A stretch of 64,000 bases of DNA, from assembly GCF_988243305.1 (NCBI RefSeq), contig NZ_OZ547136.1. One strand, given 5' to 3'. A program made the translations under genes and the position numbers. Shown here in pieces: positions 44,055 to 56,761 of the stretch. Every line of letters begins with the position of its first letter. Position 1 is the stretch's first letter. The notes below the pieces were generated by a model. It was not told the origin of the DNA. It searched no databases and saw nothing but the letters and a program-made list of their open reading frames with translations.

Positions 44055-44430
44055 AATTTCCTCAGATTAACGTTAGCGCCCGGACCGTCCGAGCGACGCT
44101 GCCACGATGGTGGCTGTTTTGAAAATAGCCTGATTAATTTCTGTCTGTCCAGCGTTTTAGAACATTTTTATCAATGGCTTTAAATGAGGAACGCCACTTC
44201 AAAAACAGGAAATTTATCTGCGCTAACAAGAAAATTACCACTCATTTTATTAACATTATAATTTCAATAAATTTACCAAGCAGATGTGCATTATCAAGAG
44301 ATGCATTGCTAATACACCATTTATCTTTCAATCCCCTTTTAAAATTGTGGTTTTTCCTCAAAAACGGCCTGCTGGTCATCAGCCTTCAGGTTACCTATCA
44401 TAGAGGTTTAATCCTTATTCAGAGTCACCC

Positions 44431-46128
44431 GTGCACGAAATATTCAACATGCTGCTGGCGGTCTTCGATCGGGCAGCGTTAATGCTTATCTGCCTGTTCT
44501 TTCTCATCCGTATCCGCCTGTTTCGCGAACTGTTGCACAAGTCGGCGCACTCCCCAAAAGAGCTGCTCGCTGTTACCGCCATTTTCTCGCTGTTCGCCCT
44601 GTTCAGCACCTGGTCCGGCGTTCCCGTAGAAGGCTCGCTAGTGAACGTTCGTATTATCGCGGTGATGTCAGGCGGGATTCTGTTTGGCCCGTGGGTAGGC
44701 ATCATTACCGGCGTGATTGCGGGTATTCACCGGTATTTAATTGATATCGGCGGCGTGACGGCGATCCCCTGCTTTATCACCAGCATTCTGGCGGGTTGTA
44801 TATCGGGCTGGATCAACCTGAAAATCCCCAAAGCACAGCGCTGGCGCGTCGGTATTCTCGGCGGCATGTTATGTGAAACGTTGACCATGATTCTGGTGAT
44901 TGTCTGGGCACCAACTACCGCGTTGGGGATCGATATCGTCTCTAAAATCGGCATTCCGATGATCCTCGGTAGCGTCTGTATCGGCTTTATTGTGCTGCTG
45001 GTGCAAAGCGTTGAGGGCGAAAAAGAGGCCAGCGCCGCGCGGCAGGCCAAGCTGGCGCTGGATATCGCCAACAAAACGCTGCCGCTGTTTCGCCATGTCA
45101 ATAGCGAGTCATTACGCAAAGTTTGTGAAATTATCCGCGATGATATTCACGCCGATGCGGTGGCGATTACTAATACCGATCATGTGCTGGCCTATGTCGG
45201 CGTGGGCGAACACAACTATCAGAATGGCGATGACTTCATTAGCCCGACTACCCGACAGGCGATGAATTACGGAAAAATCATCATTAAAAACAATGATGAA
45301 GCCCACCGCACACCAGAGATTCATTCCATGCTGGTGATCCCATTGTGGGAGAAAGGCGTTGTGACCGGAACGCTGAAAATTTACTACTGCCACGCGCATC
45401 AGATCACTTCCTCATTACAGGAAATGGCGGTCGGTCTGTCGCAAATCATCTCCACGCAACTGGAGGTTTCACGCGCCGAGCAGCTACGTGAAATGGCAAA
45501 TAAGGCAGAGCTTCGCGCCCTGCAAAGCAAAATTAATCCCCATTTCCTGTTTAACGCTTTGAACGCTATTTCATCGTCAATCCGTCTGAATCCGGATACC
45601 GCTCGCCAGCTGATCTTTAATCTGTCGCGTTATCTGCGCTATAACATTGAATTAAAAGACGATGAGCAAATCGATATCAAAAAAGAGCTGTATCAAATTA
45701 AAGACTATATTGCCATTGAGCAGGCCCGCTTTGGCGACAAGCTGACGGTTATCTATGATATTGATGAAGAGGTGAATTGCTGCATTCCCAGCCTGCTGAT
45801 CCAGCCGTTGGTGGAAAACGCCATTGTCCACGGTATCCAGCCTTGCAAAGGTAAAGGCGTTGTCACCATCAGCGTTGCAGAGTGCGGTAATCGGGTACGT
45901 ATTGCGGTGCGAGATACCGGGCACGGCATCGATCCAAAGGTGATTGAGCGGGTCGAAGCGAACGAAATGCCGGGCAATAAAATTGGCCTGCTGAATGTCC
46001 ATCATCGCGTGAAGTTATTGTATGGCGAGGGGCTGCATATCCGCCGCCTGGAACCGGGGACGGAAATTGCGTTTTACATTCCTAACCAACGCACCCCAGT
46101 CGCCTCACAGGCTACGTTATTGCTTTGA
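44431..46128 (+). CDS. ypdA: LytS-family sensor histidine kinase YpdA (pyruvate-responsive)
   Basis: 565-aa ORF with 5TM-5TMR_LYT-like N-terminus, GAF-like region, and His_kinase/HATPase C-terminus ([11 protein letters not shown]). Confidence 0.93.
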
Positions 46129-46142
46129 GCCGGAGTGATATT

Positions 46143-46877
46143 GTGAAAGTCATCATTGTTGAAGACGAATTCCTGGCACAACAGGAACTGAGCTGGCTAA
46201 TTAAAGAGCACAGCCAGATGGAGATTGTCGGCACCTTTGACGACGGTCTGGACGTGTTGAAGTTTTTGCAGCATAACCGCGTCGACGCCATTTTTCTGGA
46301 TATCAATATTCCGTCGCTGGATGGCGTGTTGCTGGCGCAAAACATCAGCCAGTTCGCCCATAAACCGTTTATTGTGTTCATCACCGCGTGGAAAGAACAT
46401 GCGGTAGAAGCATTTGAACTGGAAGCGTTTGACTACATTCTCAAACCGTATCAGGAGTCACGCATTACCGGGATGCTGCAAAAACTGGAAGCGGCCTGGC
46501 AACAACAGCAGACCAGCAGTACGCCTGCCACGACGGTAACGCGTGAGAATGACACCATTAATCTGGTGAAAGATGAGCGAATCATTGTCACGCCAATTAA
46601 CGATATCTATTACGCCGAAGCGCACGAGAAAATGACCTTTGTCTATACGCGGCGTGAATCCTACGTAATGCCGATGAACATTACCGAGTTTTGCAGCAAG
46701 CTGCCGCCGTCGCATTTTTTCCGCTGCCATCGCTCATTTTGTGTCAATCTGAACAAAATCCGCGAGATCGAACCGTGGTTTAATAACACCTATATTCTGC
46801 GGCTGAAAGATCTGGATTTTGAAGTGCCAGTCAGCCGCAGCAAAGTTAAAGAATTCCGCCAGTTAATGCATCTTTAA
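46143..46877 (+). CDS. ypdB: LytTR-family response regulator YpdB (244 aa, GTG start)
   Basis: Receiver domain (VKVIIVEDEFLAQQEL) plus C-terminal LytTR DNA-binding domain; 4-bp overlap with ypdA in the track ORF. Confidence 0.92.
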   Translation: MKVIIVEDEFLAQQELSWLIKEHSQMEIVGTFDDGLDVLKFLQHNRVDAIFLDINIPSLDGVLLAQNISQFAHKPFIVFITAWKEHAVEAFELEAFDYILKPYQESRITGMLQKLEAAWQQQQTSSTPATTVTRENDTINLVKDERIIVTPINDIYYAEAHEKMTFVYTRRESYVMPMNITEFCSKLPPSHFFRCHRSFCVNLNKIREIEPWFNNTYILRLKDLDFEVPVSRSKVKEFRQLMHL

Positions 46878-46889
46878 TCGGGAACTTTC

Positions 46890-47747
46890 ATGAAAGCACC
46901 AGGCTTGCCCGCCGATCAACAATTTTTCGCCGATCTGTTCAGCGGCCTGGTGCTTAACCCGCAACTACTGGGGCGCGTCTGGTTTGCCAGCCAGCCTGCC
47001 TCGTTACCGGTGGGCAGTTTATGTATTGATTTTCCCCGTCTGGATATCGTGCTGCGCGGCGAATACGGCAATCTGCTGGAAGCAAAGCAGCAACGTATGG
47101 TTGAAGGAGAAATGCTGTTTATTCCAGCGCGCGCGGCTAATTTACCGATCAACAACAAACCGGTGATGCTGTTAAGCCTGGTGTTCGCACCGACCTGGCT
47201 TGGGTTATCGTTTTACGATAGCCGTACCACGTCGTTGTTGCATCCTGCTCGCCAGATCCAGCTTCCCAGCCTGCAACGCGGCGAAGGTGAAGCAATGCTT
47301 ACTGCCCTCACCCATCTTAGCCGTTCGCCGCTGGAGCAGAATATCATTCAGCCGCTGGTGTTAAGTTTGCTGCATCTTTGCCGCAACGTGGTGAATATGC
47401 CGCCGGGTAATTCGCAGCCGCGCGGCGATTTTCTTTATCACAGCATTTGTAACTGGGTTCAGGATAATTATGCCCAGCCGCTCACCCGTGAGAGCGTGGC
47501 GCTGTTTTTTAATATCACGCCCAATCATCTGTCAAAACTGTTTGCGCAGCATGGAACAATGCGTTTTATCGAATATGTGCGTTGGGTGCGAATGGCGAAG
47601 GCGAGGATGATTTTGCAGAAATATCATCTGTCGATTCATGAAGTGGCGCAGCGTTGCGGCTTTCCGGACAGCGACTATTTTTGTCGCGTCTTCCGGCGTC
47701 AGTTTGGTCTGACGCCGGGAGAGTACAGCGCCCGCTTTCAGGGCTAA
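46890..47747 (+). CDS. ypdC: AraC-family transcriptional regulator YpdC
   Basis: 285-aa ORF with C-terminal AraC-type HTH (...ARMILQKYHLSIHEVAQRCGFPDSDYFCRVFRRQFGLTPGEY). Confidence 0.9.
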   Translation: MKAPGLPADQQFFADLFSGLVLNPQLLGRVWFASQPASLPVGSLCIDFPRLDIVLRGEYGNLLEAKQQRMVEGEMLFIPARAANLPINNKPVMLLSLVFAPTWLGLSFYDSRTTSLLHPARQIQLPSLQRGEGEAMLTALTHLSRSPLEQNIIQPLVLSLLHLCRNVVNMPPGNSQPRGDFLYHSICNWVQDNYAQPLTRESVALFFNITPNHLSKLFAQHGTMRFIEYVRWVRMAKARMILQKYHLSIHEVAQRCGFPDSDYFCRVFRRQFGLTPGEYSARFQG

Positions 47748-47749
47748 CT

Positions 47750-50245
47750 TCAGAAGGTTAATTCCGTTTCCAGCAGCGTCAGGATGCTTTGCGCATCTTG
47801 CGCGGCGAACAGCGACTGGCGGAAGTTTTTATTCACCAGTTTACGCGCCAGCTGCGAGAAGACTTTCACATGATTCATCCCTTCGTTAGCGCCCAGTGTC
47901 AGCATGATCACCAGTTCGACTTCGCCCATTTCTGACTGCCAGTCAACCGGTTTCACTAGCCGGGCAATGCTGATACTGGAATGACGGATCCACTGAGATT
48001 TGGTGTGCGGGATCGCTACGCCAAAACCAACGCCTGTGGTAACAATCTCTTCCCGCTGCCAGACATCCTCTTCCAGCTCGAACGGATGTTCAGTGCGCCC
48101 GTTAACGCCGAGGTTACCGCACAGGAACTGGATCGCCTGCTCTTTATTGCTAAAGGACTGATCAACAAAGATATTCTCCAGCGCCAGCAGTGGGCGAACG
48201 TCTTCTTCCGGCGTAAAGGCGGTGAGTAACGCTTCAATTTCCTGCGCGCTGCGGCATTCACATGCCTGACGCGCCAGTTCCCGACACGCCTCGCTATCCA
48301 GTTGACGAAGCTGGCTTTTCACCGCCGGAATGCGCGGGCTACTCATACTTAACTCGTCCAGGCCCAGCCCAAGCAGTAGCGGCAGATAACGGCTTTCACC
48401 GCCCAGTTCACCGCAAATGCCTACCCATTTACCCCGCTGATGCGCAGTGGTAATAATCTGCTGCAACATGCGCAGGAACGATGGCGTAATCGGGTTATAC
48501 AGCGGCGATACGCGCGGGTTATTACGATCGACCGCATACAGATACTGGGTCATATCGTTAGAACCGATACTGAAGAAATCTACCTCATCGCAAAAGTGAT
48601 CGATGATGTAGCACACCGACGGCACTTCCACCATGATACCCAGCGTAATCGTCTCTGCATGACGCAGGCCATCGCGCTTAAGCTCAACGATCGCTTTTTG
48701 GATCTCGCCCTTCACCCATAAGATCTGATCGAGGCTGTGAACCATTGGGATCATCAACTGGGCGTTGCCGAAACTGGCGGCGCGCAAAATGGCCCGCAGT
48801 TGAGTGCGGAACAGGCCAGCAAATTCCGGGTAAATTCGTACCGCACGATAGCCGAGGAACGGGTTCTCTTCCTGGGGAATATTCAGATAAGGAATGCTTT
48901 TATCGCCGCCGATGTCCATTGTGCGGAAGATAATCGGCTTGTCGCCCGCTGCCAGTAGCACCTGCTGGTAGGCTTCAAATTGCTCCTGCTCGTCCGGCGC
49001 GCTGTCGCGATCCATATAGAGCATTTCAGTACGGAACAGCCCGACGCCTTCCGCGCCGTTGGCAAACGCGCCAGGCGCTTCCAGAGCGGTGCCAATATTC
49101 GCCGCGATATCAATACGCTTGTTATCACGGGAATAAGCCAGCTGCGCGGCAGCCTGCGCCTGCTGCTGCTGACGTTTATCTGCCAGCGTCTGCGCAACCT
49201 GATAATAACCGCTCACCGCGTCATCAGGATTAATCGCCAGCACGCCGCACTGGGCGTCAAGCACCGCCGGTTGCCCGGCATAACGCGCGATCGCATCCTG
49301 CGGCAAGCCACTCAGTACCGGGATCGCCGAGGCACGGGCCAGAATCAGGGTATGCGAGGTGCGCCCGGTTTTCTCCAGAATCATGCCCGCAAGATTTTTT
49401 AAATCGAGGCTCAAAAACTGGCTTGGGGTTAAATCCTCGGCCACCAGAATAGTCGGTTTTTCCAGCACCAGATTGTTGCGCGGCTTCAGTTCCGGCCAGG
49501 TGATATGCAGCAACTGTTCGCTGATATCGCGAATGTCGCTGACCCGCTCGCGCAGATAATCGCTGGCAGAAGCAGATAGTTTGGCGCAAACCTGCTCCAT
49601 ATTGCTGATGATCGCCGCCCCCAGTCCCTGATGCTGTTCTGCCATAAGGCGACGGATATTGCCTGCAAATTCATCATCCTGAATCAGCGACAAATGGGCG
49701 CTGAGGATAGTTTTGCTTTCGCCGTCACGCTCACGCAGCTGCTGGTTCAGTTGCTCGGCAAGCGTTGCCAGGCTGTGCTCCAGCCGGGTGGAGTCTTGCG
49801 CACTGGCAGGGATTACCCGATAACTATCGAGGCTGTCGCTCTGTAACAGGGTCAGCGTACCCACGCCGACGCCGCTTGCCAGCACATTGCCGTACAGTAA
49901 ATCAGGATTCAGACGGCTTAATGAACGCGGCAGCGGATGCGCCGTCAGTTCTGCCTGTGTTGGCTGGATGCTGTCGCTGTCGATAAAGCGCACCTGGATG
50001 TACTCTTCCAGCACGCGCCGCGCCTGCTCTTCATCGCTGCCGCTAATGTTCAGGCTGCAACTGTCATTAAATAAAGTGCCGGTGCCAATCAGCGCCAGCG
50101 AACTTTTCGCATCGGCCTTTGCGTTCTGGCGATGGTTGATGAAGGTGATTTCGCTTTGCCACTGGCTGCACTGTTCTTTAAGTTCCCACGCCGGACGAGC
50201 ATGCAGACCGTTTGGCAAAGGACAGAGAAATTGAATCGTTAACAT
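47750..50245 (-). CDS. fryA: PTS multiphosphoryl transfer protein FryA (HPr - Enzyme I - fructose-type EIIA fusion)
   Basis: 831-aa ORF with N-terminal HPr-like region, central PEP-utilising Enzyme I domain, C-terminal EIIA. Confidence 0.93.
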   Translation of the reverse strand: MLTIQFLCPLPNGLHARPAWELKEQCSQWQSEITFINHRQNAKADAKSSLALIGTGTLFNDSCSLNISGSDEEQARRVLEEYIQVRFIDSDSIQPTQAELTAHPLPRSLSRLNPDLLYGNVLASGVGVGTLTLLQSDSLDSYRVIPASAQDSTRLEHSLATLAEQLNQQLRERDGESKTILSAHLSLIQDDEFAGNIRRLMAEQHQGLGAAIISNMEQVCAKLSASASDYLRERVSDIRDISEQLLHITWPELKPRNNLVLEKPTILVAEDLTPSQFLSLDLKNLAGMILEKTGRTSHTLILARASAIPVLSGLPQDAIARYAGQPAVLDAQCGVLAINPDDAVSGYYQVAQTLADKRQQQQAQAAAQLAYSRDNKRIDIAANIGTALEAPGAFANGAEGVGLFRTEMLYMDRDSAPDEQEQFEAYQQVLLAAGDKPIIFRTMDIGGDKSIPYLNIPQEENPFLGYRAVRIYPEFAGLFRTQLRAILRAASFGNAQLMIPMVHSLDQILWVKGEIQKAIVELKRDGLRHAETITLGIMVEVPSVCYIIDHFCDEVDFFSIGSNDMTQYLYAVDRNNPRVSPLYNPITPSFLRMLQQIITTAHQRGKWVGICGELGGESRYLPLLLGLGLDELSMSSPRIPAVKSQLRQLDSEACRELARQACECRSAQEIEALLTAFTPEEDVRPLLALENIFVDQSFSNKEQAIQFLCGNLGVNGRTEHPFELEEDVWQREEIVTTGVGFGVAIPHTKSQWIRHSSISIARLVKPVDWQSEMGEVELVIMLTLGANEGMNHVKVFSQLARKLVNKNFRQSLFAAQDAQSILTLLETELTF

Positions 50246-50269
50246 AACCGCTCCGGGTTAATCAGGAGA

Positions 50270-51307
50270 TCATCTGAAATCCGTCAGTTGAACAACCGTC
50301 TCACGGGTAAGACGTTGAATAAGGGCAGATAAAAGTTGCTGCATCTGCAAAATGTCGCGGCAATCGGCAATCGATGCCGCACAATGTCCGTGGCGCGTCG
50401 CTGGCCCCATCACCACCGTGGGTACGCCGGTGTCAGTTAAATGCACCGCTCCACCGTCCGTGCCGCCGTTGCTGAACATATCTGCCTGTAACGGCACGCC
50501 AATTTCTGCCGCCACGGTTTCAATCCACGCGGTAAGTTTTGGCGGCGCAATCAGCGACTTGTCGCTTAATACCAGCATCGGGCCGTTACCAATCTGGCGA
50601 TGGTTAGCCGCGCCATAATCAAAGTTTTTCGCCCAGCAGGCGGTATCCAGCACAATCGCAACGTCCGGTGAAACCGCACGGGTAGCGGTTTGCCCGCCGC
50701 GTAATCCCACCTCTTCGCTGGAGCTGGCCACCAGCCACACCTCCGCAGGCAGTTCGGCGTCGTGCAGCTCACGTAGTAACGTCACCAGCAGATAGCAACC
50801 GAGGCGATCATCAAAGGCTTTCCCCATCACCCGCTGGTGAGGGAGAACCTGAAAAGTTGTATCAAAGGTGACGCGATCGCCTGGACGAATTCCCGCCTGC
50901 ATCACTTCGTCATACGAGCGCGCACCAATGTCCACGCGCATGGCGCTGACGTCATTCCCCTGCCGGTCGCCGTCAAGCAGGCCTGGAATTTTGCACTCTT
51001 CACGGGTAGTGATACGCACCGACTGAAGCTGGCGGGCAGCCATGCGTACATTGCCAACCGGCAACACATCGATCGCCCCTTCGCGGGAGATGCTGCGCAC
51101 CATAAATCCCACTTCATCCATATGCGCACAGATCATCACCTTCGGACCTGTCGATTCATTGAGGCGGATCAGCACCGATCCCAGGCCATCAAATCGCACT
51201 TCTTTTTGCAGGCGATCCGCTTCTTCCAGCAGGATCTGCCGTACTTCCTGTTCCGAGGAGGCGATCGCATCTGCCTCGCTCAACGCTTTTAATAGCGATA
51301 AATCCAT
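50270..51307 (-). CDS. ypdE: M42-family aminopeptidase YpdE
   Basis: 345-aa ORF with M42 (FrvX-like) peptidase character, metal-binding His/Asp-rich segments. Confidence 0.92.
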   Translation of the reverse strand: MDLSLLKALSEADAIASSEQEVRQILLEEADRLQKEVRFDGLGSVLIRLNESTGPKVMICAHMDEVGFMVRSISREGAIDVLPVGNVRMAARQLQSVRITTREECKIPGLLDGDRQGNDVSAMRVDIGARSYDEVMQAGIRPGDRVTFDTTFQVLPHQRVMGKAFDDRLGCYLLVTLLRELHDAELPAEVWLVASSSEEVGLRGGQTATRAVSPDVAIVLDTACWAKNFDYGAANHRQIGNGPMLVLSDKSLIAPPKLTAWIETVAAEIGVPLQADMFSNGGTDGGAVHLTDTGVPTVVMGPATRHGHCAASIADCRDILQMQQLLSALIQRLTRETVVQLTDFR

Positions 51308-52392
51308 TATGCCTCTCCCGTGAGCAACACTGTTTTCGGCATGGCGTAGAGCACTTCTGCGCCTTGCGGGGTAACCAGCACAACATCTTCGATGCGCACG
51401 CCCCCTTGCCCTGGCAAATAAATCCCCGGCTCCACGGTCAGCAACATGCCTGGCTGTAGCGTCGTGGTGTCCCGCGGTGAAAAACGCGGATCTTCATGGA
51501 CTTCAATACCGATGGCATGACCGGTGTTATGACCGAAATAGTCGCCAAATCCAGCCTCGGTAATCACCCGGCGCGCGGCGTCGTCAACCTGCTGGCAGCG
51601 CACGCCGGGGCGAATCGAGGAGATTGCTGCGAGCTGTGCCTGCAAAACAATCTGATAGACGTCAAACAGCGGGTGAAATTCGGCGCTCACCCCTTCGCCA
51701 TTCACAAGCAAGGTACGCGTCATATCAGAGCAGTACCCCTGATACAGCGCACCGAAATCGAGAGTGACAAACTCGCCCGCTGCAACAATCTTGTCGCTGG
51801 CTTTGCCGTGCGGCAGCGCCCCACGCCAGCCGCTGGCGACAATGGTATCGAAAGAGGCTTTTTCTGCGCCCTGCTGGCGCATAAACCACTCCAGTTCAGC
51901 GGCTATCTCGCGCTCGCTCATCCCCGCCTGAATAAAGCGGCGAATATGCTCAGCACCGCGATCGGCAATCCCACAGGCGAGGCGGATTTTCTCCACCTCC
52001 TCTGGCGTTTTGATTTGCCGCAGCACATCCGGCGTGGCGCTAACCAGTTTCGCATTGAGTTCAGACTGCCAGCGGTGCGCGGTTTCCCAACATACCTGCT
52101 GGCCTTCAAAACCGAGCGTTTGCAACTGCTCATCGGCAATGATTTGATTGACGATAGTGGTAAGCGTGTTCGTCGCGTCAAGCAAATGCAGCTGGTAGCC
52201 TTGCGTGCGGGCTTCTACATCCGCGTAATAGCGCGAGTCCACCAGAATGTGCGCACTTTCACGGCTAATCAGCACATAGCCTGATCCGGTGGAGATCCCC
52301 AGATGCGGCTGTTTGTTCTGCCGTGAGGAGAGAAGCACCGCATCCAGTTGTTGCGCCTTAAGCCAGTCACGCAGCGAAGCGAGTAATGTCAT
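51307..52392 (-). CDS. ypdF: Xaa-Pro aminopeptidase YpdF (M24 family)
   Basis: 361-aa ORF with M24 pita-bread fold motifs ([14 protein letters not shown]). Confidence 0.92.
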   Translation of the reverse strand: MTLLASLRDWLKAQQLDAVLLSSRQNKQPHLGISTGSGYVLISRESAHILVDSRYYADVEARTQGYQLHLLDATNTLTTIVNQIIADEQLQTLGFEGQQVCWETAHRWQSELNAKLVSATPDVLRQIKTPEEVEKIRLACGIADRGAEHIRRFIQAGMSEREIAAELEWFMRQQGAEKASFDTIVASGWRGALPHGKASDKIVAAGEFVTLDFGALYQGYCSDMTRTLLVNGEGVSAEFHPLFDVYQIVLQAQLAAISSIRPGVRCQQVDDAARRVITEAGFGDYFGHNTGHAIGIEVHEDPRFSPRDTTTLQPGMLLTVEPGIYLPGQGGVRIEDVVLVTPQGAEVLYAMPKTVLLTGEA

Positions 52393-52406
52393 CTGGATTT
52401 TCCTTC

Positions 52407-53654
52407 TTACAGGCTATCGATTAACAATTTGCCTTTACGGAACATCATCAGACGCAGGAACACCACCATCAGCGCAGTTATGACTGCCCCCAGCGCGATC
52501 CCCGCCATGTAGACGCCGAGGTTAGTGACCAGCGGCCATGCCCAGATAGCGGACTCCGGGAACCATTGCACTGCGCCCAGCCAGACTGCAGCGGTTGAGC
52601 CGACAATCGCGCCGACCATATAGGACGGAATGGCGGTGATGGGGCTTTCCAGTGCAAACGGAATCGCACCTTCACTGATCCCCATAAAGGCCAGGAACAT
52701 GGCGGTTTTACCCTGCGGATAAAGCTGAGCGTTGAACAGGCGTTTGCCGGTTAAACGGCGGTCGATAATGGTCGCCAGACCCAGACCAATCGGCGGAATA
52801 ACGATAGCGATAGAACGTGCGGTGACCGGTAATACGTGGTCCGTGGTAAAGCTGAAGGCAACGAAACCAGCTGCTTTGTTGATCGGGCCACCAAGGTCGA
52901 TTGCTGTCGCCGCGGCGATCCCCATCGCGTACATCAGCGCGCCCTTCTCACCTGCGGCAGTCAGCACGGTACGGATACCGCCGTTGATCCAGCCGCCAAA
53001 GGGGGTGATGACGTAGTACATCGCCAGCATGACAAAAATGGCGGAAAGAATCGGTAGCAAAAAAGTGGTTTTGAACGCTAACAGGAAATCCGGTAACTGG
53101 ATTTTCTGGTTCATCCATTTCACAAGGTAACCAGCAACGATAGAAATAATCAGGGCACCAATGAAGGTGGACGGCACCGGCGAAGAGGTCGCCCATTGCA
53201 TAGTGCTGGGATCGAAGTTCAGCAGTTGCGTCGGCTGGGTAGACATCAAGCCGCCGATAAAACCAGCCGGGAACGCCAGTTTGCCACCGATAGAGTTCGC
53301 CACAAATGCAGCAAACATCGGAATGGCGAAACCAAACAACACGCCGCCGAAGGATTGCGACAGCCAGGCAAATTTCAGTAAGGAAAGGTCGAAACCGGAG
53401 AATTTCCCGCTATTAAGAGCATCCATGATGCCGATATCAGCAGGAATTTTAAGCCAGCTATAAGCAATCAGCTGGCTGAAAGCGAGGATCACACCGCCCA
53501 TAATTAAGGTCGGCACCATGCGTGAAATCCCTGACATCACATGCTGCGGGAGTTCACCCCAGAAGCTGCTTTTAGAGGCCTGCGGATTCTTAACTGCCGC
53601 TGCCGCACCGGATGCGCCAGGCACAACGGTTGCACTGCGTTTTTTAATGGCCAT
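52407..53654 (-). CDS. fryC: PTS fructose-like EIIC permease FryC
   Basis: 415-aa polytopic membrane ORF of the PTS EIIC (fructose family). Confidence 0.92.
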   Translation of the reverse strand: MAIKKRSATVVPGASGAAAAVKNPQASKSSFWGELPQHVMSGISRMVPTLIMGGVILAFSQLIAYSWLKIPADIGIMDALNSGKFSGFDLSLLKFAWLSQSFGGVLFGFAIPMFAAFVANSIGGKLAFPAGFIGGLMSTQPTQLLNFDPSTMQWATSSPVPSTFIGALIISIVAGYLVKWMNQKIQLPDFLLAFKTTFLLPILSAIFVMLAMYYVITPFGGWINGGIRTVLTAAGEKGALMYAMGIAAATAIDLGGPINKAAGFVAFSFTTDHVLPVTARSIAIVIPPIGLGLATIIDRRLTGKRLFNAQLYPQGKTAMFLAFMGISEGAIPFALESPITAIPSYMVGAIVGSTAAVWLGAVQWFPESAIWAWPLVTNLGVYMAGIALGAVITALMVVFLRLMMFRKGKLLIDSL

Positions 53655-53675
53655 AACAATTATCCCTGTCGAATA

Positions 53676-54002
53676 TTACTGTTGTTCAGAGGCAATCATC
53701 TCTTCGATTTCTTTGATGATGCCCGCAGCGTTTTTAATTGCGTCCTGCAAAGTGATTTCATAAACGTCGCGTGATTCGAAACGTTCGTTATCTTCCGGGG
53801 TAACCGCCACGGAGTGGATGATGATGGTCGCTTCGGCGATATCCTGCGCGGTCAGACGATTCTGGATACCGTCCGCACCCTGGGTTTCAATTTTCACTTC
53901 ATAACCGGCTTCTACCGCCGCTTCTTCCAGCGCCTGAGCGGCCATAAAGGTGTGAGCCAGGCCCATTGGGCAGGCACATAAGGCAATCAGTTTCTTACTC
54001 AT
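53676..54002 (-). CDS. fryB: PTS fructose-like EIIB FryB (108 aa)
   Basis: Start placed at MSKKLIALCACPMGLAHTFMAA... (EIIB active-site Cys motif) inside the 125-aa track ORF. Confidence 0.9.
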   Translation of the reverse strand: MSKKLIALCACPMGLAHTFMAAQALEEAAVEAGYEVKIETQGADGIQNRLTAQDIAEATIIIHSVAVTPEDNERFESRDVYEITLQDAIKNAAGIIKEIEEMIASEQQ

Positions 54003-54221
54003 CGTTAATTCCTCGTTCAGTGATAGTTGACGAGTGAAATTATGAACGTGCAAAACAAATCGCCGTTACCAGACAAATAATGCATTTACTGGAGAATTAA
54101 TCCCGCTGTACGGAAGTGTGACGCAGGTCGGCCTTGTGAGGAGGACGCAAAGAAAAATTGAATTAACTGTATGATTTAAAAGATTATCGGGAGAGTTACC
54201 TCCCGATATAACAGGAAGGAT

Positions 54222-55187
54222 TTACAGAATGTGACCTAAGGTCTGGCGTAAATGTGCACCGGAACCGAGAAGACCCGGATTGTCATGGACGATGAGATAC
54301 ACCGGAATATCATGGACATATTCTTTAAAGCGCCCTTTATCTTCAAATGCGGCACGGAAACCGGAGGCTTTGAAGAACTCAAGGAAGCGCGGCACGATAC
54401 CGCCCGCAATAAACACGCCGCCAAATGTCCCGAGATTGAGCGCCAGATTGCCGCCAAAACGGCCCATAATGACGCAAAACAGCGACAATGCGCGGCGGCA
54501 ATCGGTGCAGCTGTCAGCCAGCGCGCGTTCGGTAATATCTTTTGGCTTGAGATTTTCTGGCAGGCGGTTGTCGGCTTTCACAATTGCGCGATACAAATTC
54601 ACCAGCCCAGGGCCAGAAAGCACACGTTCCGCCGAAACATGACCAATTTCCGCACGCAATATTTCGAGGATAATGGCCTCTTCTTCACTGTTCGGCGCAA
54701 AATCAACGTGACCGCCTTCGCCTGGCAAGCTTACCCAACGCTTATCTACATGGACCAGATGCGCAACCCCAAGCCCCGTTCCGGCACCGTAAACCGCAAT
54801 AGGCTTACCTTCGACCGGTTCTGCGCCACCAAACTGAATCAGATGCTCTTTTTTCAGCATCGGGATCGCCATCGATACAGCGGTAAAATCGTTAATAATT
54901 TCCAGATGGCTAAAACCGAGATTCTTTTTCATTTCGGCAATTGAGAACGCCCAGGTATGGTTGGTCATTGCCACCCAGTCACCGGTAATTGGGCAAGCGA
55001 TGGCAATACAGCCGTCTTTCACCTCGACCTTATGTTCTTCAAGATAAACGCGAATGACCGCTTCGAGGCTGGGGTAATCAAGCCCTGAATAGGTCTTAGC
55101 CTGCGAGATTTCACCACTGGCAATATCACACAGAGCAAGACGTGCGTTGGTGCCGCCCACATCACCGACTAATGCATACTTTGTCAT
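54222..55187 (-). CDS. glk: Glucokinase
   Basis: 321-aa [24 protein letters not shown]... (ROK-like N-terminal ATP-binding motif). Confidence 0.96.
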   Translation of the reverse strand: MTKYALVGDVGGTNARLALCDIASGEISQAKTYSGLDYPSLEAVIRVYLEEHKVEVKDGCIAIACPITGDWVAMTNHTWAFSIAEMKKNLGFSHLEIINDFTAVSMAIPMLKKEHLIQFGGAEPVEGKPIAVYGAGTGLGVAHLVHVDKRWVSLPGEGGHVDFAPNSEEEAIILEILRAEIGHVSAERVLSGPGLVNLYRAIVKADNRLPENLKPKDITERALADSCTDCRRALSLFCVIMGRFGGNLALNLGTFGGVFIAGGIVPRFLEFFKASGFRAAFEDKGRFKEYVHDIPVYLIVHDNPGLLGSGAHLRQTLGHIL

Positions 55188-55390
55188 TCTTCAACTGCTC
55201 CGCTAAAGTCAAAATAATTCTTTCTCACACTGTAAATACCTGGGGGCATAACAACAACGCCGGAAAGGCAGGCTCCCTGTAAATATCGATCTGGGTCACA
55301 CAATTACTTTATCGTTTCAGCACCAATTGCAGCGATGCCTTTTTGCAAGCTGGGCAAACTAAGTATCTGACCCCGCATAAGGAATAGAAT

Positions 55391-56647
55391 ATGCTCCATC
55401 CGCGAGCCAGAACCATGTTGTTATTATCGCTCCCCGCCGTGGCAATTGGGATTGCGTCCAGTCTTATTCTGATTGTGGTGATGAAAATCGCCTCGGCATT
55501 ACAGAATTTGCTCTGGCAACGACTGCCGGGAACTTTGGGGATAGCCCAGGATTCACCTTTCTGGATCATCGCCATATTAACGCTAACAGGTATTGCGGTG
55601 GGGTTGGTTATCCGTTTCAGCCAGGGGCATGCCGGACCAGACCCCGCCTGTGAACCGCTGATCGGCGCACCGGTTCCGCCCTCTGCGCTACCAGGGCTTA
55701 TCGTAGCATTAATTCTTGGTCTTGCTGGTGGCGTCAGCCTGGGGCCAGAACATCCGATCATGACCGTCAATATCGCCCTTGCGGTTGCCATTGGCGCTCG
55801 TCTGTTACCGCGCGTCAACCGAATGGAGTGGACTATTTTAGCCTCTGCCGGAACCATCGGCGCGCTGTTTGGCACACCTGTTGCGGCGGCGTTGATATTT
55901 TCGCAAACCTTAAATGGCAGTAGTGAAGTTCCGCTATGGGATCGTCTTTTTGCGCCGTTAATGGCGGCAGCAGCTGGTGCACTTACTACCGGATTATTTT
56001 TCCATCCCCATTTTTCACTGCCCATTGCGCATTACGGACAAATGGAAATGACCGATATTCTCAGCGGTGCAATTGTCGCGGCGATTGCCATCGCAGCAGG
56101 GATGGTCGCCGTATGGTGCTTACCACGGTTGCACGCGATGATGCATCAAATGAAAAATCCGGTGCTCGTGCTGGGTATTGGCGGATTTATTCTCGGTATT
56201 CTGGGGGTTATTGGTGGACCAGTTTCGCTGTTTAAAGGGCTGGATGAGATGCAGCAGATGGTGGCAAATCAGGCTTTCAGCACCAGCGATTACTTTTTGC
56301 TGGCGGTGATTAAACTTGCCGCCCTGGTCGTTGCTGCCGCCAGTGGCTTTCGCGGTGGGCGAATCTTCCCGGCAGTGTTTGTCGGGGTGGCATTAGGGTT
56401 GATGCTGCATGAGCACGTTCCCGCCGTTCCAGCGGCAATAACCGTTTCCTGCGCTATTCTCGGCATCGTGCTGGTGGTAACACGCGATGGCTGGTTAAGT
56501 CTTTTTATGGCGGCAGTCGTTGTACCCAATACCACATTGCTACCGCTGCTCTGTATCGTCATGCTTCCGGCATGGCTGTTATTAGCAGGTAAGCCGATGA
56601 TGATGGTCAATCGTCCGAAGCAACAGCCACCCCACGATAACGTTTAG
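55391..56647 (+). CDS. yfeO: ClC-like putative ion-transport protein YfeO
   Basis: 418-aa polytopic membrane ORF; position between glk and ypeC. Confidence 0.9.
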   Translation: MLHPRARTMLLLSLPAVAIGIASSLILIVVMKIASALQNLLWQRLPGTLGIAQDSPFWIIAILTLTGIAVGLVIRFSQGHAGPDPACEPLIGAPVPPSALPGLIVALILGLAGGVSLGPEHPIMTVNIALAVAIGARLLPRVNRMEWTILASAGTIGALFGTPVAAALIFSQTLNGSSEVPLWDRLFAPLMAAAAGALTTGLFFHPHFSLPIAHYGQMEMTDILSGAIVAAIAIAAGMVAVWCLPRLHAMMHQMKNPVLVLGIGGFILGILGVIGGPVSLFKGLDEMQQMVANQAFSTSDYFLLAVIKLAALVVAAASGFRGGRIFPAVFVGVALGLMLHEHVPAVPAAITVSCAILGIVLVVTRDGWLSLFMAAVVVPNTTLLPLLCIVMLPAWLLLAGKPMMMVNRPKQQPPHDNV

Positions 56648-56761
56648 CAAAAAATGCTCTCCTTTATGATTTAAGAGTTATGGCGATGATACGGGGCTTT
56701 ACCTCCCCGTAATATTGCGTTAACAGGCCGCTGACGGCTTCGATCGTGAAGGAGAATAACA

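Noticed and set aside
47981..50234. Numerous 60-140 aa ORFs on both strands within fryA
   Set aside because: All are nested in the 831-aa fryA frame with composition typical of alternative-frame artefacts.
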